Source of the DNA: Coriobacteriia bacterium
GTDB lineage: Bacteria; Actinomycetota; Coriobacteriia; Anaerosomatales; PALSA-660
Assembly: GCA_025361335.1 (NCBI GenBank)
Contig: JANYAK010000011.1
Span: forward strand, 2,751 to 66,750
DNA length: 64,000 bases
Direction of reading: 5' to 3'
Shown: one piece after another, positions 29,050 to 38,374 of the stretch
How positions within the stretch are numbered: position 1 is the first letter of the stretch
Layout: the number at the start of each line of letters is the position of its first letter
The notes under the pieces: generated by a model
What the model saw: the letters and a program-made list of their open reading frames with translations, nothing else
Told to the model about the DNA's origin: nothing
Databases searched by the model: none
Translations under genes and position numbers: made by a program

Positions 29050-29955
29050 TCACGACTGCTCCATGGGCACGATGCACGTGATGGCTCCCGGCAGCATGGA
29101 TATCTCGTAGCGGCGCTCGAGCAAGACCTCTCCGTCGATCTGCGCCGGCAGGGGTGACTCGCACTCGAGGACGATCGAGGTGTGCCGGGACATGCGCACG
29201 ACCTTCATCTTGGTGTGCTTGCCCGCGATGACGAGCGGGAGCCGCCACAGAGCCTCGGGCAGCGAGAGCGGATCGATCATGCAGATGTCGAACAGCCCGT
29301 CGTCGGGCACAGCGCCGGGGCAGATGACGAAGCCTCCCCCGTAGGTCTCGCCGTTCGTCGCCGCCAGGATCAGGGTGGTGACCCTCGCCGGCTCACCTCC
29401 GTCGAACGACAGCGTCACGTCGAAGGGGTCGAGTTCGTTGAACAGCACGTGCAGGAGCGCGGTGAGGTACAGCCAGAGGCCATCCCGCTTCCTCGTCACC
29501 TTGTACTCGACGGCCTTCGCCGTGACCTTGGCGTCGAGACCGGCCGCGAAGGAGTTGTTGAAGAAGATGCCGTTGCACACGCCGACGTCGAAGCTCCGCC
29601 GCCGACCGGTGGACAGCTCGATGGCCGCCTGCGCGAGGTCGGCCGACACACCCAGCGTCCGTCGGGTGTCGTTGCCCGAGCCGGTCGGCAGGAGGCCGAG
29701 GGTGGGACGCGATGAGGGGGGATGAGTCATCAGGCCGTTGAGGACTTCGTGGACGGTGCCGTCGCCGCCCATGGCGACCACGACGTCGTAGCCCGTCGCG
29801 GACGCCGCGATCTCGGCGGCGTGGCCTGTGCGGCACGTGAGCACCGTGTCATGCGGCAAGCTCTGGAGAAGCTTCTCGATGACGGGGATGAGCGCCTCGG
29901 TCTCGCCGTGCCTGGCCGCGGGATTGATGACCAGCAGCATGCCCTTCCGGTCCAT
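29050..29955 (-). CDS. Diacylglycerol kinase family lipid kinase (second copy)
   Basis: MLLVINPAARHG and GGDGTVHEVLNGL motifs. It is immediately upstream of plsY on the same strand. Confidence 0.8.
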   Translation of the reverse strand: MDRKGMLLVINPAARHGETEALIPVIEKLLQSLPHDTVLTCRTGHAAEIAASATGYDVVVAMGGDGTVHEVLNGLMTHPPSSRPTLGLLPTGSGNDTRRTLGVSADLAQAAIELSTGRRRSFDVGVCNGIFFNNSFAAGLDAKVTAKAVEYKVTRKRDGLWLYLTALLHVLFNELDPFDVTLSFDGGEPARVTTLILAATNGETYGGGFVICPGAVPDDGLFDICMIDPLSLPEALWRLPLVIAGKHTKMKVVRMSRHTSIVLECESPLPAQIDGEVLLERRYEISMLPGAITCIVPMEQS

Positions 29956-30170
29956 CGCGCCTCCGCCGTCCTCGGGTCCCTCGGGTCCGTCACGTTCGAC
30001 AAGGATAGCGGTCCGGGGCCGGGCGGGGAACGGGTCGAGCGGCACGGGTCGAGCGGCCGTGTCGGGTCCCCGGTCGCGGCATCCGCGGCCCTTCGAGGGA
30101 GGGGCGCGCAGGTGGCGCGGCCCTCGTGGCGTGTGCTACCGTACACCGGCGGACCACGAGGTCGCGTCGC

Positions 30171-30246
30171 GCCCTGTTAGCCCAGCGGATAGAGCGTCTG
30201 CCTCCGGAGCAGAAGGTCGCAGGTTCGAGTCCTGCACAGGGCACCA
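30171..30246 (+). tRNA. tRNA-Arg (anticodon CCG), CCA encoded
   Basis: Hand-folded cloverleaf. Acceptor GCCCTGT/ACAGGGC; anticodon stem TCTGC/GCAGA with loop CTCCGGA; T arm GCAGG-TTCGAGT-CCTGC. Total 76 nt, with one C-A mismatch in the D stem. Confidence 0.93.
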
Positions 30247-30328
30247 ACGACACCCACGCGACCCGGCCGACGAAGCCGGGTCGCGTCATGTGCAAGACGG
30301 CCCGGAGACAGCGATGAGGGGGCGTGCC

Positions 30329-30883
30329 ATGAAGATCTCGACCACCCACGCGTACGTGTTCCCGGATCCGGTCGCGCTGGTGACGGTGCCTGATGGCACG
30401 GGCGGCGCCAACATCATCACGCTGGCGTGGGTCGGAATGTCATGCTCGGACCCGCGCTGCGTCAGTGTGGCGATCCGCCCGTCCCGCTACAGCAACACCT
30501 TGCTGAAGGCCGCGGGCGAGTTCTGCCTCAACATCCCCGGGGAGGAGCTGGTCGCCCAGACCGACCTCTGCGGCGTGGTGTCCGGACGGGATCACGACAA
30601 GTGGGCGGAGGCCGGCCTCACGGCCGAGGCGTCCGAGCACGTCGCGGCGCCGCGGATCGCGGAGTGCCGCTACGGGCTGGAGTGCACCGTCATCGAGACG
30701 CTCGCGCTGGGGGCGCACGACCTGTTCGTCGGGCGCGTCGAAGTGGCGTGGGCCGACGAGAGCGTGCTCGACAGCCGGGGGCACGTCGACTACGCGGCGC
30801 TGCGCCCGATGGCGTACATGCCCGACCAGTACTGGTCCCTCGGGCGGAAGATCTACGGCTACGGCGACAGCAAGAAGGCCTGA
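30329..30883 (+). CDS. Flavin reductase-like FMN-binding domain protein
   Basis: PVALVTVPDGTGGANIITLAWVG split-barrel pattern. Only the 3' part of track ORF 29828..30883 is coding, because the upstream part runs through the tRNA. Confidence 0.8.
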   Translation: MKISTTHAYVFPDPVALVTVPDGTGGANIITLAWVGMSCSDPRCVSVAIRPSRYSNTLLKAAGEFCLNIPGEELVAQTDLCGVVSGRDHDKWAEAGLTAEASEHVAAPRIAECRYGLECTVIETLALGAHDLFVGRVEVAWADESVLDSRGHVDYAALRPMAYMPDQYWSLGRKIYGYGDSKKA

Positions 30884-30896
30884 CGCCCGACCGAGC

Positions 30897-32954
30897 CTAC
30901 TCCGCTTCGCGGTCCTTCTTGGTCTGTTCGATGATCTTGCGCGCCATGTCGCCGGGGACGTCCGCGTACTCGCCGATCTCGAGGGTGTAGACGCCGGTGC
31001 CATGAGTGATCGAGCGCAGCAGGAGTGCGTAGGTCACGACCTCGGCGTAGGGGACCGACGCCTTGATGACCTGCTTGCCTCCCATGCCCTCCATCCCGAG
31101 GATGCGCCCGCGTCGTGACGACATGTCGCCCATCACGTCGCCGGCGTACTGGTCGGCGACCGTGATCGTGAGATGCGCGATCGGCTCGAGCAGCACGAGG
31201 CCGGCCTTCTCGGTCGCGGCCCTGAAGCCGATGCGTGCGGCTGTGCGGAACGCCATCTCGGAGCTGTCGACCGCGTGGTATGAACCGTCGTAGACGGCGA
31301 CCTTCACATCGACGATGGGGTATCCGGCTAGGACACCATGGACCATCGTGTCCTGGATGCCCTTGTCGACGGCAGGGATGAACTGGCGGGGTATGCGTCC
31401 GCCCACGATCTCGTCGAGGAACTCGTAGCCCTTGCCGGGGTTGGGCTCGACCCGCAGCCAGCAATCGCCGAACTGCCCGGATCCCCCAGTCTGCTTCTTG
31501 TGGCGTCCCTCGGCCTGAGCGACCTTGCGGATCGTCTCGCGATAGGGGATGCGCAGGTCGACGAGTTCGGTCTCGACGTTGAAGCGCGTCTTCAGGCGCG
31601 ACATGACGACATCGACATGGGTGTCGCCGAGGCCGGAGAGAATCGTCTGGTGGGTCTCGGGATCCCGCCGCAGGCGCAGGGTGGGCTCCTCTTCGGCGAT
31701 CTTGTTGAGGCCGGTGCCGAGCTTGTCCTCGTCGGCCTTGTTGCACGCGCGGATCGCGACGGCGTAGAGGGGCTCGGGAAGCGGCATCGGCGCGAAGGAG
31801 ATGTCACCCTTGGCCGAGAGCGTGTCGTTGGTGGCCGTGTCCGCCAGTTTCGGCAGGACGGCGATGTCGCCGGCGGGCACGGACTCCACGTCCTTGGTCT
31901 CCTTGCCCATCATCCTGAGCACGTGGGCGCTGCGTTCCTTCTTGCCGGTGCGCGAGTTGACGAGCTCCGCGTTCGGCGTGAGCGTCCCCGAGATGACCTT
32001 CACGAAGTTGAGGCGTCCCAGATACGGGTCGGAAACCGTCTTGAACACGAAGGCGCTGACAGGCCCCGTCGTGGAGACCTTCACCTCTCCGCCGTCGGCG
32101 GTGGGCATCGGACCGTGTGCCGTCGGCTCCGGGAAGAACGAGACGATCTCGTCCATGAGGTCCTCGACGCCCTGCAGCTTGAGAGCGCTGCCGACGAACA
32201 CGGGAACGATGATCCCCTCTGCGATCGCGAGTCCGAGCAGCTTCTCGAGGTCCTCCTGCGTGAGGGTCTCGCCTTCGAGGAACTTCTCCATGAGTTCCTC
32301 GTCGGCTTCGGCGACGAGGTCGGTGAGCCTCTCGCGAGCCGCCTCGACGGCCGCCGAGAACTCGGCGGGGATCTCGTCCATGTGCTCGCCGTCGGCCTCG
32401 TGGTGGTAGGCCTTGAGGCGGATGATGTCGATGACGCCGTGGAACGAGGCCTCAGCGCCCATCGGGATCTGGACCGCGCCGACGCGATGGCCGAACTGCG
32501 CCTGCAGCTTGGACAGCACGGCTTCGAAGTCCGCGTGCTCCTTGTCCATGCGGTTGATGAAGATGGCGCGAGCGATGCCCATGTTCCCCGCGACCTCCCA
32601 CAGGCGCTCGGTCTGCACCTGCGGGCCGGACACCGCGTCGACCACGAACAGCGCCATCTCGGCGGCTTCCATCCCCGCGATCGCGTCTCCGCCGAAATCG
32701 GAGAATCCCGGCGTATCGATCACATTGATCTTCACGCCCTTGTGGGTGAGCGGTGCGAGGGCCAAGTTGACCGTCATCCCCCGCTTGATCTCTTCAGGAT
32801 CGTGGTCGAGTGACGAGTGCCCGTCCTCGACGGTGCCGAGGCGCTTGGTCTCTCCGGCCATGAAGAGCATCGCCTCGGCGAGGGATGTCTTCCCCGCGCC
32901 CCCATGGCCTACCAAAACGACGTTGCGGACCGTGTCGGTGCTCACTGCTCCCAT
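30897..32954 (-). CDS. Elongation factor G paralogue (EF-G2-like translational GTPase)
   Basis: VGHGGAGKTSLAEAML (G1), DTPG and NRMD motifs, with EF-G domains II-V. ATG 32952-32954 has GGTGGAGG upstream. Confidence 0.85.
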   Translation of the reverse strand: MGAVSTDTVRNVVLVGHGGAGKTSLAEAMLFMAGETKRLGTVEDGHSSLDHDPEEIKRGMTVNLALAPLTHKGVKINVIDTPGFSDFGGDAIAGMEAAEMALFVVDAVSGPQVQTERLWEVAGNMGIARAIFINRMDKEHADFEAVLSKLQAQFGHRVGAVQIPMGAEASFHGVIDIIRLKAYHHEADGEHMDEIPAEFSAAVEAARERLTDLVAEADEELMEKFLEGETLTQEDLEKLLGLAIAEGIIVPVFVGSALKLQGVEDLMDEIVSFFPEPTAHGPMPTADGGEVKVSTTGPVSAFVFKTVSDPYLGRLNFVKVISGTLTPNAELVNSRTGKKERSAHVLRMMGKETKDVESVPAGDIAVLPKLADTATNDTLSAKGDISFAPMPLPEPLYAVAIRACNKADEDKLGTGLNKIAEEEPTLRLRRDPETHQTILSGLGDTHVDVVMSRLKTRFNVETELVDLRIPYRETIRKVAQAEGRHKKQTGGSGQFGDCWLRVEPNPGKGYEFLDEIVGGRIPRQFIPAVDKGIQDTMVHGVLAGYPIVDVKVAVYDGSYHAVDSSEMAFRTAARIGFRAATEKAGLVLLEPIAHLTITVADQYAGDVMGDMSSRRGRILGMEGMGGKQVIKASVPYAEVVTYALLLRSITHGTGVYTLEIGEYADVPGDMARKIIEQTKKDREAE

Positions 32955-33175
32955 AGTTCGCCTCCACCACGAGAATGCGAACGGGCCGCTGTAGCGGCGG
33001 CCCGCGCGGTTCGCCGAAGGGCCGGTGTGCTCGGCCCGCCGATACGATAGCACAACGCGCGCGTGCTCCCGCGCGTGCACGAGGGGCCGCCCTCGGGCTA
33101 TCGGCGGGCCGTCCGGAAGCCGATATCGCCTGGTCGAGAGGCCCGTCTGGCCGCGCGGCACGGGTGGCTGGTACT

Positions 33176-33862
33176 ATGTGCGAGCCGCGCAACGGAGTCG
33201 AGAGGCGAAAGACCTTGGATCATCGACGCGTCATCACACGGATAGCCGCCGCCGCGCTGATCGCGTCGGTAGCCGTCCTGGCGGGCTGCTCGGGACCACA
33301 AGCGGCATCGCCCGCGAAGACCAACGCGCCCGCGGCTGAAGCGCCCGCCGCTCCCGCGGCGCCGGATCCCGGGGTAGTGCCGCTGCACGTCTCGGATACC
33401 AAGTTGCAGGGCGACGAGAAGGTCGTCATCACGACGCCCAAGGGCGTCATCGAGCTCACGCTGATGCCCGACAAGGCTCCGAACACCGTGGCGAGCTTCG
33501 TCGAGTTGGTTCAGAAGGGCTTCTATGACGGCCTCAAGTTCCACAGGGTCGTGCCGAGCTTCGTGGTGCAGGGCGGGGATCCGCTGTCTCGCACGGACGA
33601 TCCCAAGACCGGCACCGGCAACCCGGGCTGGCATCTGAAGGCCGAGTTCAGCGACGCCAAGCATCTCGAAGGCACACTCGCGATGGCGCGGTCAAAGGAC
33701 CCCGACAGCGCGGGTTCGCAGTTCTACATCACACTGGCGCCGCAGCCGAGTCTCGACGGCGACTACACCGTCTTCGGCACCGTCGTGAAGGGCATGGACG
33801 TGGTCCGAGGCATCCAGAGCGGCGACGTCATCACCTCGATCAAGATAGTGCACGGCTCGTAG
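33176..33862 (+). CDS. Cyclophilin-type peptidyl-prolyl isomerase, lipoprotein
   Basis: Lipobox VLAGC after a hydrophobic stretch. Cyclophilin core FHRVVPSFVVQGGDP, GTLAMAR, SQFYI and FGTVV. Confidence 0.85.
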   Translation: MCEPRNGVERRKTLDHRRVITRIAAAALIASVAVLAGCSGPQAASPAKTNAPAAEAPAAPAAPDPGVVPLHVSDTKLQGDEKVVITTPKGVIELTLMPDKAPNTVASFVELVQKGFYDGLKFHRVVPSFVVQGGDPLSRTDDPKTGTGNPGWHLKAEFSDAKHLEGTLAMARSKDPDSAGSQFYITLAPQPSLDGDYTVFGTVVKGMDVVRGIQSGDVITSIKIVHGS

Positions 33863-33873
33863 GGGGGCACCGC

Positions 33874-35169
33874 GTGGACAACGAGCGGCTCTCACAGGGA
33901 GACAAGGCGTACGCGGCGGGGGACTGGCGCGCTGCGGCTCGCGAGTATCTGGCCGCGGCCCAAGGCAGCGATGCCGTCGGGGCCGGTCGCGCGTACCACA
34001 TGTCGGGCAACGCCTTGATGCGTCTGCGACGCAACTCGGACGCCGCGACGGTCTACGGTCACGCCCTGAAGGACGAGTCGTACGACAAGCGGGCGGCGGT
34101 GCTCACGAACCTTGGGGTCGCGCTGGCGGCCGACGGCCGCTACTCGGAAGCCCTCGAATCGAGCGAGGCGGCCCTCGCGGAACCCGGCAACGACGCTCCA
34201 TGGAAGGCCCAGCAGTGCAAGGCCGGGGCGCTCTACGACATGGGCCGCTTCGAGGACGCCGCTCAGGCGTATCGCGAGGCGTCGTGGATCGAGGGCAACC
34301 CCGATCCGGGTCGCTCCCTCAACAACCTCGGGATGTGCTTCATGACGCTCGGGCGGCCGGAGGATGCGGTCGAGGCGTTCAAGGCCGCGATCGCCGTCGA
34401 CGGCTACGCGGGGAAGGGGCGCTCGTCCGCCAACCTCGGGCTCTCATACGCGGCGATGGGCTTTCACGAGGAGGCCGTCAGGGCTTTCGAGGCCGCGCTC
34501 GGCACGTATTCGTACCACCTCACGGGGGCCACTCTCGCGGCGTACGAGGCTGCGAAGTCGGCGACCGGACCACAGGCGTCGGGCGAGATGGTCGAGGGGT
34601 GGTGGAGCACGGGCGAGATGCCTCCCGTGGCAGAGGGGGCCGAGGGTGACGTCGAGCCGGCCGGTCCCGCGACGATCGAGGACACGAGGTTCTTCACGAT
34701 GACGGAGGACCAGATGCGAGCGGAGGGCCGGGAGGCCAGCAAGGCCCAGCGTCGGCAGAAGCGCAGTGGTCGCGGACTGGCGATCCGCATCTGGCTCGCC
34801 GTCCTCCTAGTGGCACTCGTGGCCGGCGGAGTCGCCGCGGTATGGTACTTCGGCTTGGGATACCCCACCCAGACGGCCACGGTGTCCGATATGATCGACG
34901 CCTATCGGCAGGGTGGACGGGTCGCGCAGTATTGGGTGGCGGTCCCCGCCACCGATGTCGAGAGGGAGATGCGCACGTTGCCCGCTCGTTTCGCGTCATA
35001 CTCGGTCGCCGCGGTGCACAGCGGACCGTCCGAGTCGACCGTCCGAGTGACGGTCAAGCTCGAGAAGTCCGGCACGCAGGACTTCAGCGTCTCGCTGGTC
35101 CGCGAGGGCGTGGGATGGAAGGTCAACGGCGTCCGCAACGACTGGCGTTCCACAGGTGGCGGTTCCTGA
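33874..35169 (+). CDS. TPR-repeat protein with one TM helix and a small C-terminal domain
   Basis: Repeated 34-aa A..Y..AL-type units make up the N-terminal 230 aa. A TM segment WLAVLLVALVAGGVAAVWYF follows, then a 100-aa beta-rich tail. Confidence 0.55.
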   Translation: MDNERLSQGDKAYAAGDWRAAAREYLAAAQGSDAVGAGRAYHMSGNALMRLRRNSDAATVYGHALKDESYDKRAAVLTNLGVALAADGRYSEALESSEAALAEPGNDAPWKAQQCKAGALYDMGRFEDAAQAYREASWIEGNPDPGRSLNNLGMCFMTLGRPEDAVEAFKAAIAVDGYAGKGRSSANLGLSYAAMGFHEEAVRAFEAALGTYSYHLTGATLAAYEAAKSATGPQASGEMVEGWWSTGEMPPVAEGAEGDVEPAGPATIEDTRFFTMTEDQMRAEGREASKAQRRQKRSGRGLAIRIWLAVLLVALVAGGVAAVWYFGLGYPTQTATVSDMIDAYRQGGRVAQYWVAVPATDVEREMRTLPARFASYSVAAVHSGPSESTVRVTVKLEKSGTQDFSVSLVREGVGWKVNGVRNDWRSTGGGS

Positions 35170-35264
35170 GCGGCCAGCCGGCCTCGAAACCGCGCAATCA
35201 CATTGCAGGGGAATCGGCTTGAAAGTCGAATTTGCTTGTAACACAACGATACAAGGAGCAGAAA

Positions 35265-35669
35265 GTGCAGCAGAGGACGTACGTCATGGTCAAGCCGGAT
35301 GCGGTCGAGCGTCGCATGATCGGCAGGATCGTCGGCCGGTTCGAGAGGGTCGGACTCGCTATCGAGCGGTTGGAGTTGGGGATGGTCACGTCGGCGCAGG
35401 CCGCCGCGAACTACGCGGAGCACGAGGGCAAGCCGTTCTACGAGGGCCTCATCTCGTACATCACCAGCGGACCCGTCGTGAAGATGGTGCTGAGCGGGCC
35501 TGAAGCGGTGAGCGTCGTGCGCAAGCTCATGGGCGCCACCAACCCGCGGGATGCGGCGCCCGGGACCATCAGAGGCGATCTCGGTCTCACGCTCGACGCG
35601 AACGTCGTGCATGGTTCGGACTCGCCTGAGAGCGCGGAGCGGGAGATAGGCATCTTCTTCGGCGAGTAG
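35265..35669 (+). CDS. ndk: Nucleoside diphosphate kinase
   Basis: RTYVMVKPDAV, GATNP and NVVHGSDS motifs. GTG 35265 has AAGGAG 6 nt upstream. Confidence 0.9.
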   Translation: MQQRTYVMVKPDAVERRMIGRIVGRFERVGLAIERLELGMVTSAQAAANYAEHEGKPFYEGLISYITSGPVVKMVLSGPEAVSVVRKLMGATNPRDAAPGTIRGDLGLTLDANVVHGSDSPESAEREIGIFFGE

Positions 35670-35729
35670 GTCGCGAAAGCTTGGTCGGCGAGCACGTGCT
35701 GCCTTCACGGCAGCGGGAAAGGGGGCAGA

Positions 35730-36752
35730 TTGTTCTTCCGGATGATCGAGAAGGAGCGGCTACCGGACCTGATCCGGGGGCTCTCGACCGAATTCGAGGT
35801 GGTCGGCCCGGTGGCGAAGGGGGACAAGTTCGTGTTCGCCCCCATCGACGACCCCGCCGACATGCGGTTGGACTACGACACGACCATCCTGCCCCCGAAG
35901 AAGTGGTTCTTCCCGCCTGAAGAGACCATGATGCGGTTCCGGGTCGCGGACAACGAGGTCGTCGACGACGAGGTCTACGCGCCTCCCCGCGTGCTGTTCG
36001 GGCTGCACCCGTGCGATATCAACAGTCTCCAGCTGATGGACAACGTCTTCTTCGGCGCGTACATCGATCCCTACTATCGCGCGCGCCGCGAGAACACCCT
36101 GATCGTCGGCCTGTCGTGCGTGCCTTCGGAGACGTGCTTCTGCAACGCATGGGGCACCGACGAGGCTCACTGGGGCTTCGACATCTTCCTTTCCGACGTG
36201 GGCGACGAGTACTTCGCGTCCATCCGCTCGGTCAGCGGCGCGGAGCTCGTCGACCGCCACGTGAAGACGCGTGAGATCACCGACAATGACACGCGGCGAT
36301 TCCAGGAGCGCACGGCCGCGTTCAAGGCGGCGTTCGAGAACCACGTGGACACGTCGCAGCTGCCGCTTCTCATCGATGCGAAGTTCGAGTCCCCGATCTG
36401 GGACCAGTTGGGCGAGAAGTGCCTTGCCTGCGGCGCGTGCTCGATGGTGTGCCCGACGTGCTACTGCTACGACGTGCACGATGAGCTCGAGCCCGACCAG
36501 ACGATGGGCCGCCGCGTGAGGACGTGGGACAGCTGTCAGTTCAAGGACTTCGCGGCGGTCGCGCACGGCCAGAACTTCCGCGACTCGCGGGCCAGCCGGA
36601 TCAAGTACCGCTATTACCACAAGCAGTGGGGGTACCTTTCGAAGTTCGAGCGCGTCCTGTGCGTCGGGTGCGGCCGTTGCTCTCGGGCGTGCAAGGCCGG
36701 CATCAATCCCGTGAAGGTCATCGAGGCTCTGCAGACAGGGGTGGTGTCCTGA
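35730..36752 (+). CDS. hydB: Group 3b (sulfhydrogenase-type) hydrogenase beta subunit, 4Fe-4S protein (AsrA-like)
   Basis: CLACGACSMVCPTCYCYD and CVGCGRCSRACKAGI. It is the first of four coupled genes in the order beta-gamma-delta-alpha. Confidence 0.75.
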   Translation: MFFRMIEKERLPDLIRGLSTEFEVVGPVAKGDKFVFAPIDDPADMRLDYDTTILPPKKWFFPPEETMMRFRVADNEVVDDEVYAPPRVLFGLHPCDINSLQLMDNVFFGAYIDPYYRARRENTLIVGLSCVPSETCFCNAWGTDEAHWGFDIFLSDVGDEYFASIRSVSGAELVDRHVKTREITDNDTRRFQERTAAFKAAFENHVDTSQLPLLIDAKFESPIWDQLGEKCLACGACSMVCPTCYCYDVHDELEPDQTMGRRVRTWDSCQFKDFAAVAHGQNFRDSRASRIKYRYYHKQWGYLSKFERVLCVGCGRCSRACKAGINPVKVIEALQTGVVS

Positions 36753-37630
36753 TGGGCGGCGTACCCAGGAGCACCATCGCCCCGGGGGATCGGACGTCGG
36801 CGGGAGTCAATCCGTACCGCCCCTGGCCGGCGCGCATCACGTCCATCATCGACCTGACGCCGCAGGAGAAGCTGTTCGAGCTGAGGCTCATCGACGAGGG
36901 CGCCCGCGCTGCGTTCGACTTCGATTCCGGACAGTTCGTCGAGCTGTCGATCTTCGGCGTGGGCGAGGCCCCGATCTCGATCTCGAGCGCGCCGTCGAAG
37001 CAGGGCTTCATCGAGCTGTGCGTGCGCAACGCCGGCGACGTCACCGGCGCCCTGCACCGCAAGCAGTGCGGCGATGTGGTCGGTCTTCGCGGCCCGTTCG
37101 GCCGTGGATTCCCCTTCGAGGAGATGAAGGGCCACGACGTCCTGCTGGTCGCCGGGGGCCTCGGCATCGCGCCGCTCAAGAGCCTCATCAACCACATCCA
37201 CGATGACCGTCATGATTTCGGCAACGTGACCATCCTCTATGGCGCCAGATCGCCGGCCGAGATCCTGTTCCGCTACCAGTTCGACGGGTGGAAGCATCGG
37301 GACGACTTCGATCTCATCCTCACGGTCGACCACCCGGACGACACCTGGGAGGGTGACGTCGGTCTGGTCACGAGGCTCTTCGACAAGATCGAGGTCGATC
37401 CCGCCAACGCGTTCGGCGCGATCTGCGGGCCTCCCGTCATGTACAAGTACGTGATCGCCGAGATGCGCAAGAAGGACATGGACGTCGACCGGATCTACGT
37501 CTCGTTCGAGCGGCGGATGAAGTGCGGCGTCGGCAAGTGCGGGCACTGTGGGGTCGGCCACCAGTACACATGCATCGACGGACCGGTATTCAACTACTGG
37601 GAAGCCATGAACCTGCAGGAGGCGATATAG
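36752..37630 (+). CDS. hydG: Group 3b hydrogenase gamma subunit (FAD/NAD(P)-binding, 2Fe-2S)
   Basis: Ferredoxin-reductase-like fold (GQFVELSIFGVGEAPISI, LLVAGGLGIAPL) with a C-terminal CGVGKCGHCGVG. Its ATG overlaps the preceding TGA. Confidence 0.8.
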   Translation: MGGVPRSTIAPGDRTSAGVNPYRPWPARITSIIDLTPQEKLFELRLIDEGARAAFDFDSGQFVELSIFGVGEAPISISSAPSKQGFIELCVRNAGDVTGALHRKQCGDVVGLRGPFGRGFPFEEMKGHDVLLVAGGLGIAPLKSLINHIHDDRHDFGNVTILYGARSPAEILFRYQFDGWKHRDDFDLILTVDHPDDTWEGDVGLVTRLFDKIEVDPANAFGAICGPPVMYKYVIAEMRKKDMDVDRIYVSFERRMKCGVGKCGHCGVGHQYTCIDGPVFNYWEAMNLQEAI

Positions 37631-38374
37631 ATGGCGCCGAGAGTCGTCGTCCTTTCTCTGGCCTCCGACTTCGGATGCCAGGTCCAGATCACCAACACGG
37701 AGGATCACCTTCTCACGATCCTTGGGCTCATCGAGCTGTCCTACTGGCAACTCGCGTCGTCGGGCCACATGCCTGACGAGTACGACGTCGCGATCGTCGA
37801 AGGCGCGGTCACGACCGACGAGCACGCTCACCTTCTGAGAGACGTGCGCGGCAAGGCGGCGGTGGTCATCGCGATCGGCGCGTGCGCCACCATTGGCGGC
37901 ATCCCCGCCCTTGCGGGCTCCGGGTCGCTCGCGGATCGATACGCCACCGTATACGGCGACGGCGTCATCGTCCCGGCGGTGCGCAGGGCTCCGGCCCCCG
38001 TCGACTCCGTCATCCACGTCGACTACCACGTTCCCGGCTGTCCTATCGACCAGAGCGAGTTTCTCCGAGTGCTGTCGCGCGTCCTTCTGGGGCTTGTGGA
38101 CCACACGCCGGACATGACGATGTGCGGGTCATGCAAGATCGCCGAGAACGTGTGCTTCTTCGACAGCGGGGTCGGCTGCCTCGGACTCGTCACGCGCGCC
38201 GGCTGTGGCGCGAAATGCCCGTCCCTCGGCCGACCGTGCACGGGCTGTCGCGGCATCGCCCCCGATGCCAACGTCGTGTCCGCGCTCGAGGTCTTCGAAC
38301 GCGCCGGCGGTGGCGCCGACGCCCTGCGCTCCGCACTCGATGTCTACAACACCGCTTCGGAGGTGCACGTCTGA
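37631..38374 (+). CDS. hydD: Group 3b [NiFe] hydrogenase small (delta) subunit
   Basis: LASDFGCQ, GACATIGGIP and HVPGCP motifs plus a C-terminal Cys cluster CGSCKIAENVCF...CLGLVTRAGCGAKCPSLGRPCTGC. Confidence 0.8.
   Translation: MAPRVVVLSLASDFGCQVQITNTEDHLLTILGLIELSYWQLASSGHMPDEYDVAIVEGAVTTDEHAHLLRDVRGKAAVVIAIGACATIGGIPALAGSGSLADRYATVYGDGVIVPAVRRAPAPVDSVIHVDYHVPGCPIDQSEFLRVLSRVLLGLVDHTPDMTMCGSCKIAENVCFFDSGVGCLGLVTRAGCGAKCPSLGRPCTGCRGIAPDANVVSALEVFERAGGGADALRSALDVYNTASEVHV

Noticed and set aside
28319-29248. The full 309-aa reverse ORF as PlsY.
   Set aside because: The first 75 codons overlap the 3' end of the upstream lipid kinase gene and are Arg/His-rich. The PlsY homology starts at MALATFVVSYMVGSIPW (ATG 29023).
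30247-30328. A tRNA-Arg 3' flank as a possible integration site for a mobile element.
   Set aside because: There is no integrase, no direct repeat of the tRNA 3' end, and no compositional break that I could see. The next gene is an ordinary flavin reductase.
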